Below, one piece after another: positions 1 to 12,695 of a stretch of 64,000 bases of DNA. Each line of letters opens with the position of its first letter. Positions within the stretch are counted from its first letter, which is position 1. The stretch is from assembly GCA_030390025.1 (NCBI GenBank), contig CM059432.1, positions 80,416,001-80,480,000 of the forward strand. Reading direction: 5' to 3'. Origin of the DNA: Squalus acanthias (Eukaryota). The notes beneath the pieces were generated by a model, which ran no database searches, was not told the origin of the DNA, and saw only the letters and a list, made by a program, of their open reading frames with translations. A program made the translations under genes and the position numbers.

Positions 1-287
1 GACCAGATAATCTGTTTTTTAGTGATGTTGGTTGAGAGATAAATATTGGCCAGGACACCGGGAAGAACTCCTCTGCTCTTCTTCAAAATAGTGCCATGGG
101 ATCTTTTACGTCCACCTGAGAGGGCAGACAGAGCCTCAGTTTAACATTTCATCTCATCTGACAGTGCAGCAATCCCTCAGTACTGCACTGGAGTGCCAGC
201 CTAGATGTTGTGCTCAAGTCTCCGGAGTAGGCCTTGAACACACAACCTTCTGACTCAGAGGCGAGAATGCTACCAACGGAGCCACCC
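1..287 (-). mobile_element. tRNA-derived DeuSINE (SacSINE1-like), cut by window edge
   Basis: Reverse strand has a tRNA-like head and the Deu-domain-like core (gcagtactgaggga...gctgcactgtc...ttaaac). Homologous to 55777-56385. Confidence 0.75.
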
Positions 288-679
288 CAATAATAATAAT
301 TACTCTAATAATCAAGAGAAACTGAAACCAAATAAAAGGAAAATAATGAACTCTGAGTTCCTATAATTATTGCTCAAAAACAGAAGGAGCCCACCACCTA
401 TGTATAAAAGGAACATCTCCAGATTCATGTCTTTAAAAAAGTTGAAATCATCTCTTTCAATTGCCAAGTTCTGATACAACAATCCAGATTTTTTTTTAAA
501 TTTGAGAAACAAAGTAGTAGGTCAAGGTCCTTCGCGCTCTAAAGCACCATCATCAACATTGTCCTCTGCACTACCTCAGTCACCATTAATGCCCATCCTT
601 TGCTAAATGGCCACCTTAATTTACACTATCAGAACGAAACACTTAGAGAAAGGTCAGATGAAGTGCAACAAATTCAATT

Positions 680-1135
680 CCTTATTTTGTGCCATCATTA
701 TCATCATCAGTGGTCTGACTCTGGCTCAGTTCTCCCTTCTCCAAACCATTCTGTCTTGTGCTTCTCTCTTCAATTCTCCATGTGATCTCACATTCTTCAT
801 GTGGTCCAGAAGCATATTTCTTTTCCTCCCTCTTGGGCTTTTTCTTTCCAACTTCTAACACCTCTTTCAGCATCTCATCCCCTCTCAGCATATGCCTAAT
901 CCAATTCATCTGTCTTTTTCTGATGACATCAATCAAATGATGTTCTTCTTGTATCATTGCCAACACTTCCTCTTGACTTGTCTTATCAATCCATTTTACT
1001 TTCTCCATGCGTCTCCAAACCCACATCTCAAAGCTTTGTAGAAGATTGGGCTCCTCTTTCCTCGGCATCAACGTTTCAGCACCACACTCCATATCGAACT
1101 CTTCACTAATTTTTCAGTTCTCTGTTCAGTTGTCC
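680..1135 (-). mobile_element. RTE-clade LINE 3' end (decayed)
   Basis: ORF 682..1092 has FEMWVWRRMEKVKW...EEVL...RQMNWIRHMLR, typical of the RTE ORF C-terminus, and a (GAT)n-like tail. Confidence 0.75.
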
Positions 1136-1139
1136 AGTT

Positions 1140-2070
1140 AATATCTTCTCCTTTCATTGCCCATGAAATGCTGCTTAAAATGAATAAACAAAGGAAATGG
1201 AAAATTGTGAACACAGGAGGGCAGAAAAACATACAGGAGCTCAGGAGGGAGACTGATGAGGCTCGAGAAATCTGGTCAAAGGGACTACGTGAGGAGTTGG
1301 ATAGGAGATTGAGGAGAATGGATAATTTCAACAGACAAGGAATGAGAGTTAAAGCAATAAAAAGTAAAGATGGACAGCTATTAACTGACCCAATGGAAGT
1401 AAGAAACAGATGGCAAGAATATGTTGAAGAACTGTATGCCAAAGAATAAAAGTCAGTTGACATTGAAATAAGAAAGGAAGAGGAGGTAGAAATTGATTTT
1501 ATGGGTCCTGAAGTCCTTGAGTGTGAAGCGGTGATGCAATAAGTGAGTTTGAGAATAAAAAGGCTGCAGGCGTTGGTGAGATTCCAGCAGAACTGATTAA
1601 AAACATGAGAGATGCGGCAATGAATGACTTTATTGATTTATATAAAACCATGCAGTTGAAATTTGAATGGCCAGATGATTTCATGAAAATAATCATGATA
1701 CCTCTGGGGAAAAAAAGCTAAATATTAGCAAATGTGCTGCGTTTCGTACCATAGGTTTGATTGCACCTGCCTCAAAGATTATGCTCAGAGTACTTATAAG
1801 AAGGTTAAGAGCAAAAGTGGGACAGTATCTTGTCAAAGATCAATTTGGGTTTTGCAGAGGATGTGGAACAAGAGAGGGAATAGGGAGTATAGAACACAAT
1901 CAGGAGGTGTACATTTGCTTTGTAGATTTTGAAAAAGCCTATGATAGAGTGAACTGGATGAAACTAATTGAGGTACGAAAGAATATTGGTGTGGATTGGA
2001 GAGATAGACACCTGATAAAGGCTTTTTGTATGTGACAAACTGCTAGTATTAGGGTAACAGATGGAGATGG
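1140..2070 (+). mobile_element. RTE-clade LINE RT N-terminal part, opposite orientation to the adjacent 3' end
   Basis: IKSKDGQLL...RWQEYVEELY, ASKIMLRVL...DQFGF...GTRE and CFVDFEKAYDRVNW motifs, with stops and frameshifts. Confidence 0.75.
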
Positions 2071-2299
2071 CCCTGCACATCCATTGCTGTGCTGGCTAGC
2101 TCAATCTGCCTCCTTTCTGGAAGATTAACTGTCCTTTATAAGGGAGGGAAGAGACTGGATGTGCCCCCTCCCCCTGAAAATGACAATCCTCCTGCATGTT
2201 GAAGATAGACAAAAGAGCCTGTTGTTGATTGGAGTAGAGTATAGCAGTGGTCAGAGCATTCACAAAAGATACACCGACTGTGCTTGGGACCTCTGCCAC

Positions 2300-2840
2300 A
2301 GATAGAATCATAGAATGATACAGCACAGAAGGAAGTCATTCCTAAAGTGTGGTGCCCAGAATTCTACACAACGCTCCAGCTGAGGCCTAACCAGTGATTT
2401 GTAAATGTTTAGCATGACTTCCTTATTTTTGTATTCAATGCCCCTATTTACAAAGCCAAGTATCCCATACGCTTTCTCAACCGCCTTATCAACTTGCTCT
2501 GCCACCTTCAAAGATTTCTGAATATGAATCCCCATTCCTTCTGCTCTTACACCCCCCCATCAAAAAAGATTATACTGCCTCTCCATGTTGTTCCTCCCAA
2601 AGTGCGTCACTTCACACTTCTCTGCGTTAAATTTAATCGCTATGTGCGAGCCCATTTCACCAGTCTGTCTGTGTCCTCCTGAAGCCTGCTACGATCTTGC
2701 TCACTATTTACTACGTTGCCAAGTTGTGGATCATCCGCAAACTTTGAAATTGTACTCCCTGAACCCAAGTCCTGGTCATTTATATATAACAAGAAAAGCA
2801 ATGGTCTTAATACCAACCCCTGTTGAGCCCCCTGGTGTTC
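2300..2840 (-). mobile_element. CR1 LINE 3' fragment, internally deleted
   Basis: LVRPQLE.CV.FWAP and ISKFADD motifs in minus ORFs; (CATAGAAT)n tail. Confidence 0.85.
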
Positions 2841-2987
2841 CCACACACACTGAAATGCAGAGCAACCTTGCTGCACAAATGTAGCTAGTGAACAGCTGAA
2901 CAATCCTAGCCATCCTTTCAAAGTGCTTTGCAAAGATTCAAATGGCTAGCAGATGATTGTGCTCAGAGATCAATCTTCTTTTTGTAA

Positions 2988-5900
2988 GGGTACAATAGCA
3001 TAGTGGTTATGTTACTGGGCTAGTAATCCAGACGCCTGGACTAATGATCCTGAGGCGTGAGTTCAAATCCCACCACGGCAGCTGGGAAATTTATATTCAA
3101 TTTAAATAAATCTGGAATAAAAAGTTAATATCAGTAATGCTGACCATGAAACTACCGGATTGTCGCAAAAACCCATCTGGTTCACTAATGTCTTTTAGGG
3201 AAGGAAATCTGCCGTCCCTACCTGGTCTGGCCCACATGTGACTGACAGTAATGTGGTTGGTTGACCCTGAACTGCCCTCTGAAATTGGCCTAGCAAGCCA
3301 CTCAGATGTACCAAACTGCTACTAATGGACGGACCAACCAGCATCAACCTAGGCACCGGACACGACAAAGGCACACCCAGCCCAGTCGACCATGCAAAGT
3401 CCATCTCACAAACATCTGGGGACTTGTGCCAAAATTGGGAGAGCTATCCCTCAGACCAGTAAAACAATAGTCTGACATAGTCACACTCACAGATCATATC
3501 TTTCAACTAATGTCCCAGACTCCTCCATCACCATCCCCGGGTTGCGGCACAGTGGGAGTGGCCCTGGGAGTCCTCAACATTCACTCCGAACCCCATGAAG
3601 TCTCCTGGCATCAGGTCAAACATGGGCAAGGAAACCTCCTGCTGACCTACTGCCCTCCCTTGTTAAACACCACTTGGAAGAAGCACTGGGGTTAGCAAGG
3701 GCACAGAGCGTACGTGCTGGGTGGGGGCCTTCAATGTCCATCACCAAGAGTGGCTCGGTAGCACCACAACTGACCAAGCTGTCTGAGTTCTGAAGGACAC
3801 AATGGCCAGACTGGGCCTGCGGCAGCTGGTAAAAAGACAAACACAAGGGAAAGACCTACTTGACCTCGTCCTCAACATTCTACCTGTTGCAGATGCATCT
3901 GTACATGACAGCATTGGTAGGAGTGACCACCGCACAGTCCTTGTGGAGACGAAGTCCCGTCTTCACACTGACAACACCCTCCACCATGCTAAATGGGATA
4001 GATTCAGAACAGATCTAGCAGCTCAAAACTGGGCATCCATGAGGTGCTGTGGGGCAGCAGCAGAATTGTATTCCATCACAATCTGTAACCTCCTGGCCTG
4101 GCATATCCCTCACTCTACCATTATCATCAAGCCAGGGGACCAACCCTGGTTCAATGAGGAGTGCAGAAGAGCATGCCAGGAGCAGCACCAGGTGTACCTA
4201 AAAATGAGGTGCCAACCTGGGGAAGCTGCAACACAGGACTACATGCATGCTAAAAAGCGGAAGCAGCATGCTATAGACAGAGCTACGTGATCCCACAACC
4301 AACGGATCAGATCAAAGCTCTGCAGTCCTGCCACATCCAGTCGTGAATGGTGGTGGACCATTAAACAACTAATGGGAGGAGGAGGCTCCATGAACATCCC
4401 CATCCTCAATGATGTCGGAGCCCAGCACGTGAGTGCAAAAGACAAGGCTGAAGTGTTCGCAACCATCTTCAGCCAGAAGTGCCAAGTGGATGATCCATAT
4501 CGGCCTCCTCCTGAGGTCCCCACCATCACAGAAGCCAGTCTTCAGCCAATTCAATTCACTCCACCTGATATCAAGAAAAGGCTGAGCGCGCTGGATACAG
4601 CAAAGGCTATGGGTCCCAACAACATCCCGGCTGTAGTGCTGAAGACTTGTGCTCCAAAAGTAGCTGCGTCTCTAGCCAAGCTGCTCCTGTACAGCTACAA
4701 CACTGGCATCTACCCGACAATTTGGAAAATTGTCCAGGTATGTCGTGCCCACAAAAAGCAGCGCAAATCTAATCTGGCCAATTACCGCCCCATCAGTCTA
4801 CTCTCAATCATCAGCAAAGTGATGGAAGGTGTCATCGACAGTGCTATCAAGCGGAACCTGCTCACTGATGCTCAGTTTGGGTTCCATCAGGACCACGTGG
4901 CTCCAGACTTCATTACAGTCTTGGTCCAAACATGGACAAAGGAGCTGAATTCCAGAGGTGAGGTGAGAGTGACTGCCCTTGACATCAAGGCAGCATTTGA
5001 CCGAGTGTTGCATCAAGAAGCCTGAGTAAAATTGAATTCAATGGGAATCTGGGGGAAAACTCTCCACTGGCTGGAGTCATACCTAGCACAAAGGAAGACG
5101 GTTGTGATTGTTGGAAGCCAATCATCTCAGCCCCAGGACATCGCTGCAGGAGTTCCTCAAGGCAGTGTCCTAGGCCCAACCATCTTTAGCTGCTTCATCA
5201 ATGACCTTCCCTTCATCATAAGGTCAGAAGTGGGGATGTTTGCTGATGATTGCACAGTGTTCAGTTCCATTCGCAACTCCTCAGATAATGAAGCAGTCTG
5301 TGCCTGCATGCAGCAAGACCTGGACGACATTCAGGCTTGGGCTGATAAGTGGCAAGTAACATTCGCACCACACAAGTGCCAGGCAATGACCATCTCCAAC
5401 AAGAGAGAGTCTAACCACCGCCCCTTGACATTCAATGGATTACCATCGCCAAATCCCCAACCATCAATATCCTGAGGGGTCACCGATGACCCGAAACATA
5501 ACTGGACCAGCCACATAAATACTGTGGCTACAAGAGCAGGTCAGAGGCTGGATATTCTGTGACGAGTGACTCACCTCCTGACTCCCCAATGTCTTTGCAC
5601 CATCTACAAGGACAAAGCAGCCCGCTTGATTGGCACCCCATCCACAACCTTAAACATTCACTCCCTCCACCACCGGCGTACCGTGGCTTTAGTGTGTACC
5701 ATCTACAAGATGCACTGCAGCAACTCACCAAGGCTTCTTCGACAGCACCTCCCAAACCCGCAACCTCTACCACCTAGAAGGACAAGGGTAACAGGCGCAT
5801 GGGAACACCATCACCTCCAAGTCACACACCATCCTGACTTGAACATAAATCACTGTTCCTTCATTGTTGCTGGGTCAAAATCCTGGAACTCCCTCCCAAA

Positions 5901-6040
5901 CAGCACTGTGGGACTTCCTTCTCCACACGGACTGCAGCGGTTCAACAAGGCGGCTCACCACCACCTTCTCGAGGGCAATTGGGGATGGGCAATGAATTCT
6001 GGCCTCACCATCGATGCCTACATCCCATGAATGAATTTTT
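2988..6040 (+). mobile_element. CR1-like LINE (family B), near full length: tRNA-like head, APE endonuclease, RT and 3' tail
   Basis: A box TAGCATAGTGG (2996-3006) and B box GTTCAAATC (3061-3069). APE motifs NIWGL..., DLVL, SDH. RT motifs YRPISLLS, LDIKAAFD, GVPQGSVLGP, FADD. Several frameshifts. Confidence 0.85.
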
Positions 6041-7370
6041 AAAAACTGCAGGTTCTGTGAGATCTAAATCTCTGGGCTCTGTAACTGTCGAAGGAAGTGA
6101 GAAGGTTCCACTACTTCACTTGCAGAACTTGTTCCTCTGCGTGTACACTGTGACTCACCACCGCATCAAGCTTTCTCTCTCTAAATCTTCCCGGTTAGAT
6201 GGAGCTGTGCTTGTGCTTGTGACAGGTGGTGAGTGATATTGGATGCTGTGAGGTTCTCCTTGTTTCTGTGACACTTGGACTGTTGGCTGACTCCTGTCAC
6301 AAGCCTACACAAACAGAAGGATATGTCATAATGTTGGCTACAAAGAAAGACTTCCAACAATGCTTACATGGCAATATATTTTGTGTGATGTGATATGCTT
6401 GAGTGTCTGCCTGTGTGTGACATTAAGTGAGTAAGTGACTGAGTGAGCAGTTATCAGAAAAATAATTGACATTTGGGTTTATCCTAATTTCGCATTATCA
6501 AAATGACCAATGTGGCCTCCTCAAAAACTGTCAAGCGGCCTGAAACTTGCTAGTATTCTTCCTAGCTACATTTATTCCATTATGTTATGAACCAGCTTGT
6601 TCAGCAAGCAGAGAATAGTGTTGAAATGGTGGAAGTTTATGTCAGTGACTCCCAAGTGTCTGACCTACATCCCAACATAAGTACGAAGATATGAACATGC
6701 ATCATGAGGCTAGGTTGTATTGGAAGGATTTTTGGTGTAGCCCTTTGAAGATTTCACTGACAGAATTTCCAGTTGCAAGTTGAATCTTGAATTTTGCCAT
6801 GAATTTTAAACAATCAAAGAACTGTGAGGTTGATTGCTTTGTATGAGACAGAGTAAATAGGTAACAGGATGACTGGCAAAGCTTTGCAATATGTATACTT
6901 GAGCCAACTATGGTACTTTTGAGTAGTCTTACCTTGACAGTCCGTTATTTCCTTCCACTTCTGTTCCCTGGTCTTGTGGCTACTGGACGCAATGTAGCGA
7001 GGTGACACCAGCTTGAATTTAAAAGCCTCAAAACTGTATAAGGAAAGAAAGATTGAGGAAGGCAATGAGATCGACAGTCTTGAGGCCCTGGAAAAGAATG
7101 AGATGGAGTGGGAGATTTCCATGCTTTTTAATTTCAACACAATGAGGATGTAGGGAGGAGTAACAGCATGTAATGTGGCATATTTGCAGCTATGGTTGAA
7201 TAAGAGGGAAAGCTCAGATGCGTAATGACCATAGTTATATTGATAATACAAAAAGAGACAAGAAAGGTTGGGATTGATAGGAAGACATTAGAGGTTAGAG
7301 ACCAGAGAGGGGTCATGTGTCACAAATAAGCTTTTACTGTTGGAAGAATCTCCCAAGAGCTGGTCAGTGA

Positions 7371-9297
7371 ATGCTGTTGGTTAGATCAGCAAAAAGGCTA
7401 ATGGAAAAATGGATCGTAGACAACTGTGGAAGTAATGGGAAAAGCTTGTTCAGTTATGTGAAGAGTCAGAGAACTGTCAAAGACTGTATTGGGCCATTGA
7501 AGGATGTTCAAGGACAGGTTACAAAGGACTCACTGGGTATGGCGGAAATATTAAATGAGTACTTTGCATCGGTCTTCACCCTTGAAGATGATGCTCAACT
7601 ATTACAATTTAATAATGTTACTAACAAAACTAGCATTAACATCGATGAACATATTGTTTTAGAAAGAATTAAGAACTTGAATATAGATAGAGCAGCCGGG
7701 CCAGATGATATCCACCCGAGGGTCCTCGGGGAGATGGGGCATGTGCTGTGCGAACCTCTAGCCTGTATTTTTAATAGCACATTGCACTCTGGAATTGTTC
7801 CTATAGACTGGAAGGAGGCTAATGTAGTCCCCATCTTTAAAAAAGGTGACAAAACAGACCCAGGTAACTATAGGCCCATTAGTTTAACATCAGTAATAGG
7901 TAAGATGCTTGAGGGAATCATTAGGGATGCAATATATGAATACTTGGATAGAGAAGGACATATTAGGGACGCCCAACATGGCTTCATAAAAAGGTCACGT
8001 CTTTAAAATCTAATTATATTTTTTGAAGACGTTACAAAGTTGGTGGATGAGGGAAGTCCAGTAGACATTGTCTACTTAGATTTCCAAAAAACCTTTGATA
8101 AGGTACTGCACAAGAGGCTTCTCTATAAGATCGAAGCCTCTGGTATTAGTGGTAATATATTGAGCTGGATTCAGAACTGGCTGGCAGGACGTAGGCAAAA
8201 AGTAGTTATCGATGGATTTGGATCTGTTTGGAGATTGGTCACCAGTGGTGTCCCACAGGGATCAGTGTTGGGGCCGTTGCTCTTTAATATTTTTATTAAT
8301 GATCTGGATGTGGGTGTTGGGGGCACGATCTTGAAATTTGCAGATGATACCAAGATCACCAAGATCAACAACAACAAGATCTGTGCGAGTATTAGGTCTG
8401 TAGACAACGTTCGTCTGCTTCAGGTAGATCTTAATGTGTTGGGAGATTGGGCTCAAGACTGGAAAATGATGTATAACTTAGATAAGTGCAATGTTATGCA
8501 TGTGGGCAGGGAAAATGCTCAACATTCATACACCCTTCAGGGAAAAGCATTAAAGAAGGTGGGGATAGAAAGAGATTTGGGCATTCTAGTGCATACATCC
8601 TCAAAGGTACATGAGCAATGCCGTGTAGCGATAGTTAGAGCAAATAGCGTGTTGGGATGTATCCATAGGACAATTAAGTACAAGATGAGGCATACTGTTT
8701 TGTCCTTGTACAGACCCTAGTCAGGCGACACTTGGAATACTGTGTCCAGTTTTGGTCTCCTCACATGGTGGGTGATATTGAGACTTTGGAAAGGGTGCAG
8801 AGGAGGGCCACTAGACTAATTCCCAGTCTAAAGCATCTTAGTTATCAAGATAGGCTAAAAGAGTTGGGACTCTACACTTTAAAGAAGCGTAGACTTAGAG
8901 GTCATCTAATTGAGGTTTATGAGATAATGAGGGGAATAGATTGTGTTCCAGTTGTCAGTTTGTATCAATTAAATAGGTTAGGGAGGACCAAGGGTCACAA
9001 ATTTCAGTTGTATAAGGCTAGATCTAGGTTAAATGTCAGGAGGTGGTTCTTTTCCCAGAGAATAGTGGACCTCTGGAACAGGCTGCCATCTCGTATGGTG
9101 GATGCTGATTTGCTGAATTCCTTCAAGCAAGAGCTGGACCTGTTTCCAGCTGGGGCGGAGATCACCTCTTAGAAAAGGTAGATACTGCAGGGAATTCAGG
9201 GCCAGAGTGATCTCCTGGACTAGTTTTGATCGGCTAGATGGGTCGGTGAGGAATTTCCTAGATTTTTTTACCCCAAATTGGCCTGGGTTTTTTATTT
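7371..9297 (+). mobile_element. CR1 LINE (family C), 5'-truncated RT and 3' UTR
   Basis: ORFs 7371..8006, 8040..8720 and 8732..9172 with GPDDIHPRVL, YLDFQKTFD, GVPQGSVLGP, FADDTK. Confidence 0.92.
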
Positions 9298-9339
9298 TTC
9301 AACTAACAGCACGAGTGTTCTAATGGGAATGTGAGTTTG

Positions 9340-10680
9340 CGCCAGAGGTGTACTTAGCGTGCCCATTGCATCTTGCATCTTTCCACAAAAATGCACTTAC
9401 TGAATTGGTCTAAGGAATTGTCTCCACAGGCAATGCTTCGCAAGAGAGGCTGTGACCAAATTATGTTGCATGCTGCAAGCGGACCACAGTCAAATTCTAC
9501 CTCAGGCATGGCACTGTTGGTGGCTGACAAGATCAGTAAATCCATCAATTTTCATAACTTGGATCCTTCCAGGGTATCTCAGGAGACGTTAGTCACATAA
9601 TTATGTTAGTGAGCATGGGAATGTATATAAAGCAGGTGGGCAATGCATTGTTTGCAAAAGCAAACCAATTCATCTCATTCCTCATTGATAACCAGCAGAA
9701 GCATGCAAGCGCTCTGCATGTTTTTAAAAATGACAAGACTTCCCAGAGAATAGAAGATAACTGCTGGCACAGATGTGGCCTTATGGACACCTGCCCAGAA
9801 TTAATGGCCCAGAAATTGGAGTTCGATGGTTGCCGCGGGGGTAAGGATCCCCCGCGATATAGCACTCCGCGCCTACCTTTATGGTTTTGGCCCACACGAA
9901 CTTCAGTTCCTGGGCCTCTCCCTGGTGCCGGCGCGCAGTGTGTGCGTGTCCCAGAGGCGCAGTTAGTTCGATGCTACCTCTGGGATCACGTGGGCCAGTT
10001 AGAGCCAATGGCAGCACACCATCTTTCATTCATAGTTTTGACAGCAAGAGCTGTCAAAACTATGAATACAACAAGCCCCCAAAAGAACAGCTAAACCTCA
10101 ATTAAATTTAAAAAAAAGCCATCACATTAATAAAATAACTATAGTTAAATAAATTAACCACTTTAAACAAAAATTAAAATTTTTGAATTTTTTTTAATTC
10201 TTTTTAAAAGTTATAAAAATAAACTTACCTTTCTTTAAAGTCTCTAAAAAAGATAAACCTGTTGAAAAAAATTTAAAATAATACTTAATTAACTACTTAC
10301 CTTGTTAAAAGGGGGTCTTACGCCTGCTTTCTTTATGTGTAAAATCTTCAACACTTACCTGCGCGTTCAAACCTGAAAAAAAAACTAAGTGTGCTGCGTG
10401 CGCGCAACCTGTAGCGCGCACGCGGTTCACTTAGGAACCGCCCCCTTCGCAATACCCGAAGTGCCGGTTTCCCGCGCATGCGCAGTGCATGCAGGAAACC
10501 GTCACTTCGGGACCTAATACGCGAGAGTACACAGTGCGTAATCTCCCGTATTAGGTCTAATTTTCGGGCAATCAGTCGACATGAACTGCAAGGGCTACTA
10601 TTTCCTGAAAGTGAAGCCCGATTGTGATCATCAGCGTCGACTAATGCAGGTCAGTGTGTGGTTCAGCTTCTACCCCACTA
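9340..10680 (+). pseudogene. Decayed PIF/Harbinger (HARBI1-like) transposase, split by a MITE
   Basis: Across frames: CLHRQCFAREAVTKLCCMLQAD / SNSTSGMALLVADKI..INF / IKQVGNALFAKANQFISF. After the MITE: MNCKGYYFLKVKPDCDHQRRLMQV, resembling the Harbinger NRKG..SLNVQ..CD motif. Confidence 0.75.
9806..10569. mobile_element. Harbinger-type MITE with subterminal hairpins
   Basis: AAT|GGCCCAGAAATT ... AATTTTCGGGC|AAT. Interrupts the transposase remnant. Homologous in reverse to the element starting at 63074. Confidence 0.7.
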
Positions 10681-11159
10681 GCCTCCATATTTGACAGATC
10701 ATCTTAAATACAGCTCCTGTTTTCTTTCTGGCAGTAGGTGTTGGCAATGTGACATGGGTGTGCCAACATATTCCAGGATGCCCTTTAGCGATGATGTTTG
10801 ATTTGTGTGATCTGGACCCTAATTAAACACTTCTTCACTGTGATGCAGGAGTAACTAATGTGGCTGCATGCTGTGTGTCAACAACAGCCTCTTAGAAGTG
10901 AGGTGACCCTCTACTTACTTATGAAACAACCCAGCAAATGGTTTCACCATTTCTGTAGCTGCAGGGTCTATTTGTTCCTGTAAACTAAGAAGAGTTGAGA
11001 GCTTGAAACTGACAGAAGGACATGCCTTGAGAACTAAATGCCATCCTACAGCCCATAGTGGTTGTAATCCCATGTATATGTATGCACATCACACAACTAA
11101 AATCAGATGGATATGAATCCCATTACAGATATGACTGAAGGAAAAGTTATAGGTCTAAG

Positions 11160-12573
11160 TTGGGACTGGAGGACTGCTAACATTGTACCGCTGTTTAAAA
11201 AGGGAGAAAGAGATAGACTGAGTAATTACAGGCCAGCCAGCCTAACCTTGGTGGTGGGCAAATTGTTGGAAAAAATTCTGAGGGACAGTATTAATCTTCA
11301 TTTAGAAAGGCACGGATTAATCAAGGACAGTCGGCATGCATTTGTTAAGGGAAGGTCGTGTCTGACTAACTTGATTGAATTTTTTGAGGAGGTAACAAGG
11401 AGGGTTGATGAGAGTAGTGCGTTTGATGTAGTCTACATGGATTTTAGCAAGGCTTTTGACAAGGTCCCACATGGCAGACTGGTCAGAAAAGTAAAAGCCC
11501 ATGGGATCCAAGGGAAAGTGGCAAGTTAGATCCAAAATTGGCTCAGTGGAAGGAAGCAATGGTCGATGTATGCTTTTGTGACAGGAAGGCTATTTCCAGT
11601 GGGGTTCCGCAGGGCTTAGTGGTAGGTACCTTGTTTTTTGTGGTATACATCAATGATTTAGACTTCAGTGTCGGGGGCATGATTAAGAAGTTTGCAATTG
11701 ATACAAAAATTGGCCGTGTGATTGATGGTGAGGGAGAAAGCTGTAGACTGCAGGAAGATATCAATGAACTCGTCAGGTGGGCAGAAAAGTGGCAAATGGA
11801 ATTCATTCCGGAGAAGTGTGAGGTAATGCATTTGGGGAGGGCTAAGAAGGCAAGTGAATACACAATAAATGGTAGGATACTGAGAAGTGTAGAGGAACAG
11901 AGGGACCTTGGAGTGCATGTCAGATAGATCAGGTCGTTAAGAAGGCATACGGGATACTTTCCTTTATTAGCCGAGGCATAGAATATTAGAGCAGGGAGGC
12001 TATGCTTGAACTGGATAAAACACTAGTTAGGCCACAGCTAGAGTACTGCATGCAGTTCTGGTCACCACATTACAGGAAAGATTTGATTGCACTAGAAAGG
12101 GTACTGAGGAGATTTACAAGGATGTTGCCAGGACTGGAGAATTTTAGCTATGAGGAAAGATTGGATAGGCTGGGGTTGATTTCTTTGGAACAGAGGAGGC
12201 TGAGGGGAGACTTGATTGAGGTGTTTAAAATTATGAGGGGCCTAGATAGAGTGGATAGGAAAGATCTATTTCCCCTAGCAGAGAGGTCAATAACCAGGGG
12301 GCATAGATTTAAAGTAATTGGTAGAAGGATTAGAGTGGAGTTGAGGAGATGGGGATCTGGAACTCACTGCCTGAAAGGGTGGTAGAGGCAGAAAACCTCA
12401 TCACATTTAAAAAGTACTTGGATATGCACTTGAAGTGTTATAACCTACAAGGCTACGGACCAAGAACTGGAAAGTGAGATTAAGCTGGACAGCTCTTTTT
12501 TGGCCGGCACAGACACGATGGGTTGAATGGCCTCCTTCTGTGCCGTAAATTTCTATGATTCTATGATTCTATG
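11160..12573 (+). mobile_element. CR1 LINE (family A), 5'-truncated
   Basis: RT ORF fragments 11107..12385; (ATTCTATG)n tail. Confidence 0.92.
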
Positions 12574-12695
12574 AAGTTGCTGGTGCACAGTATGCCTGCT
12601 GCACAAAGTCCATGGAAGGACTGTAAGATAATGTGAGGGGCAGGAACCACTTTGTGTCACAGTTAATGAAAGGAACTCCTGGGTAGTCCTACCTT

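Noticed and set aside
2988..3080. tRNA gene
   Set aside because: A and B boxes are present but too widely spaced, there is no convincing cloverleaf, and it is part of a retroposon head.
6040..7370. Possible coding or transposon remnant (ORF 6814..7251)
   Set aside because: I could not assign any motif, so it is left uncalled.
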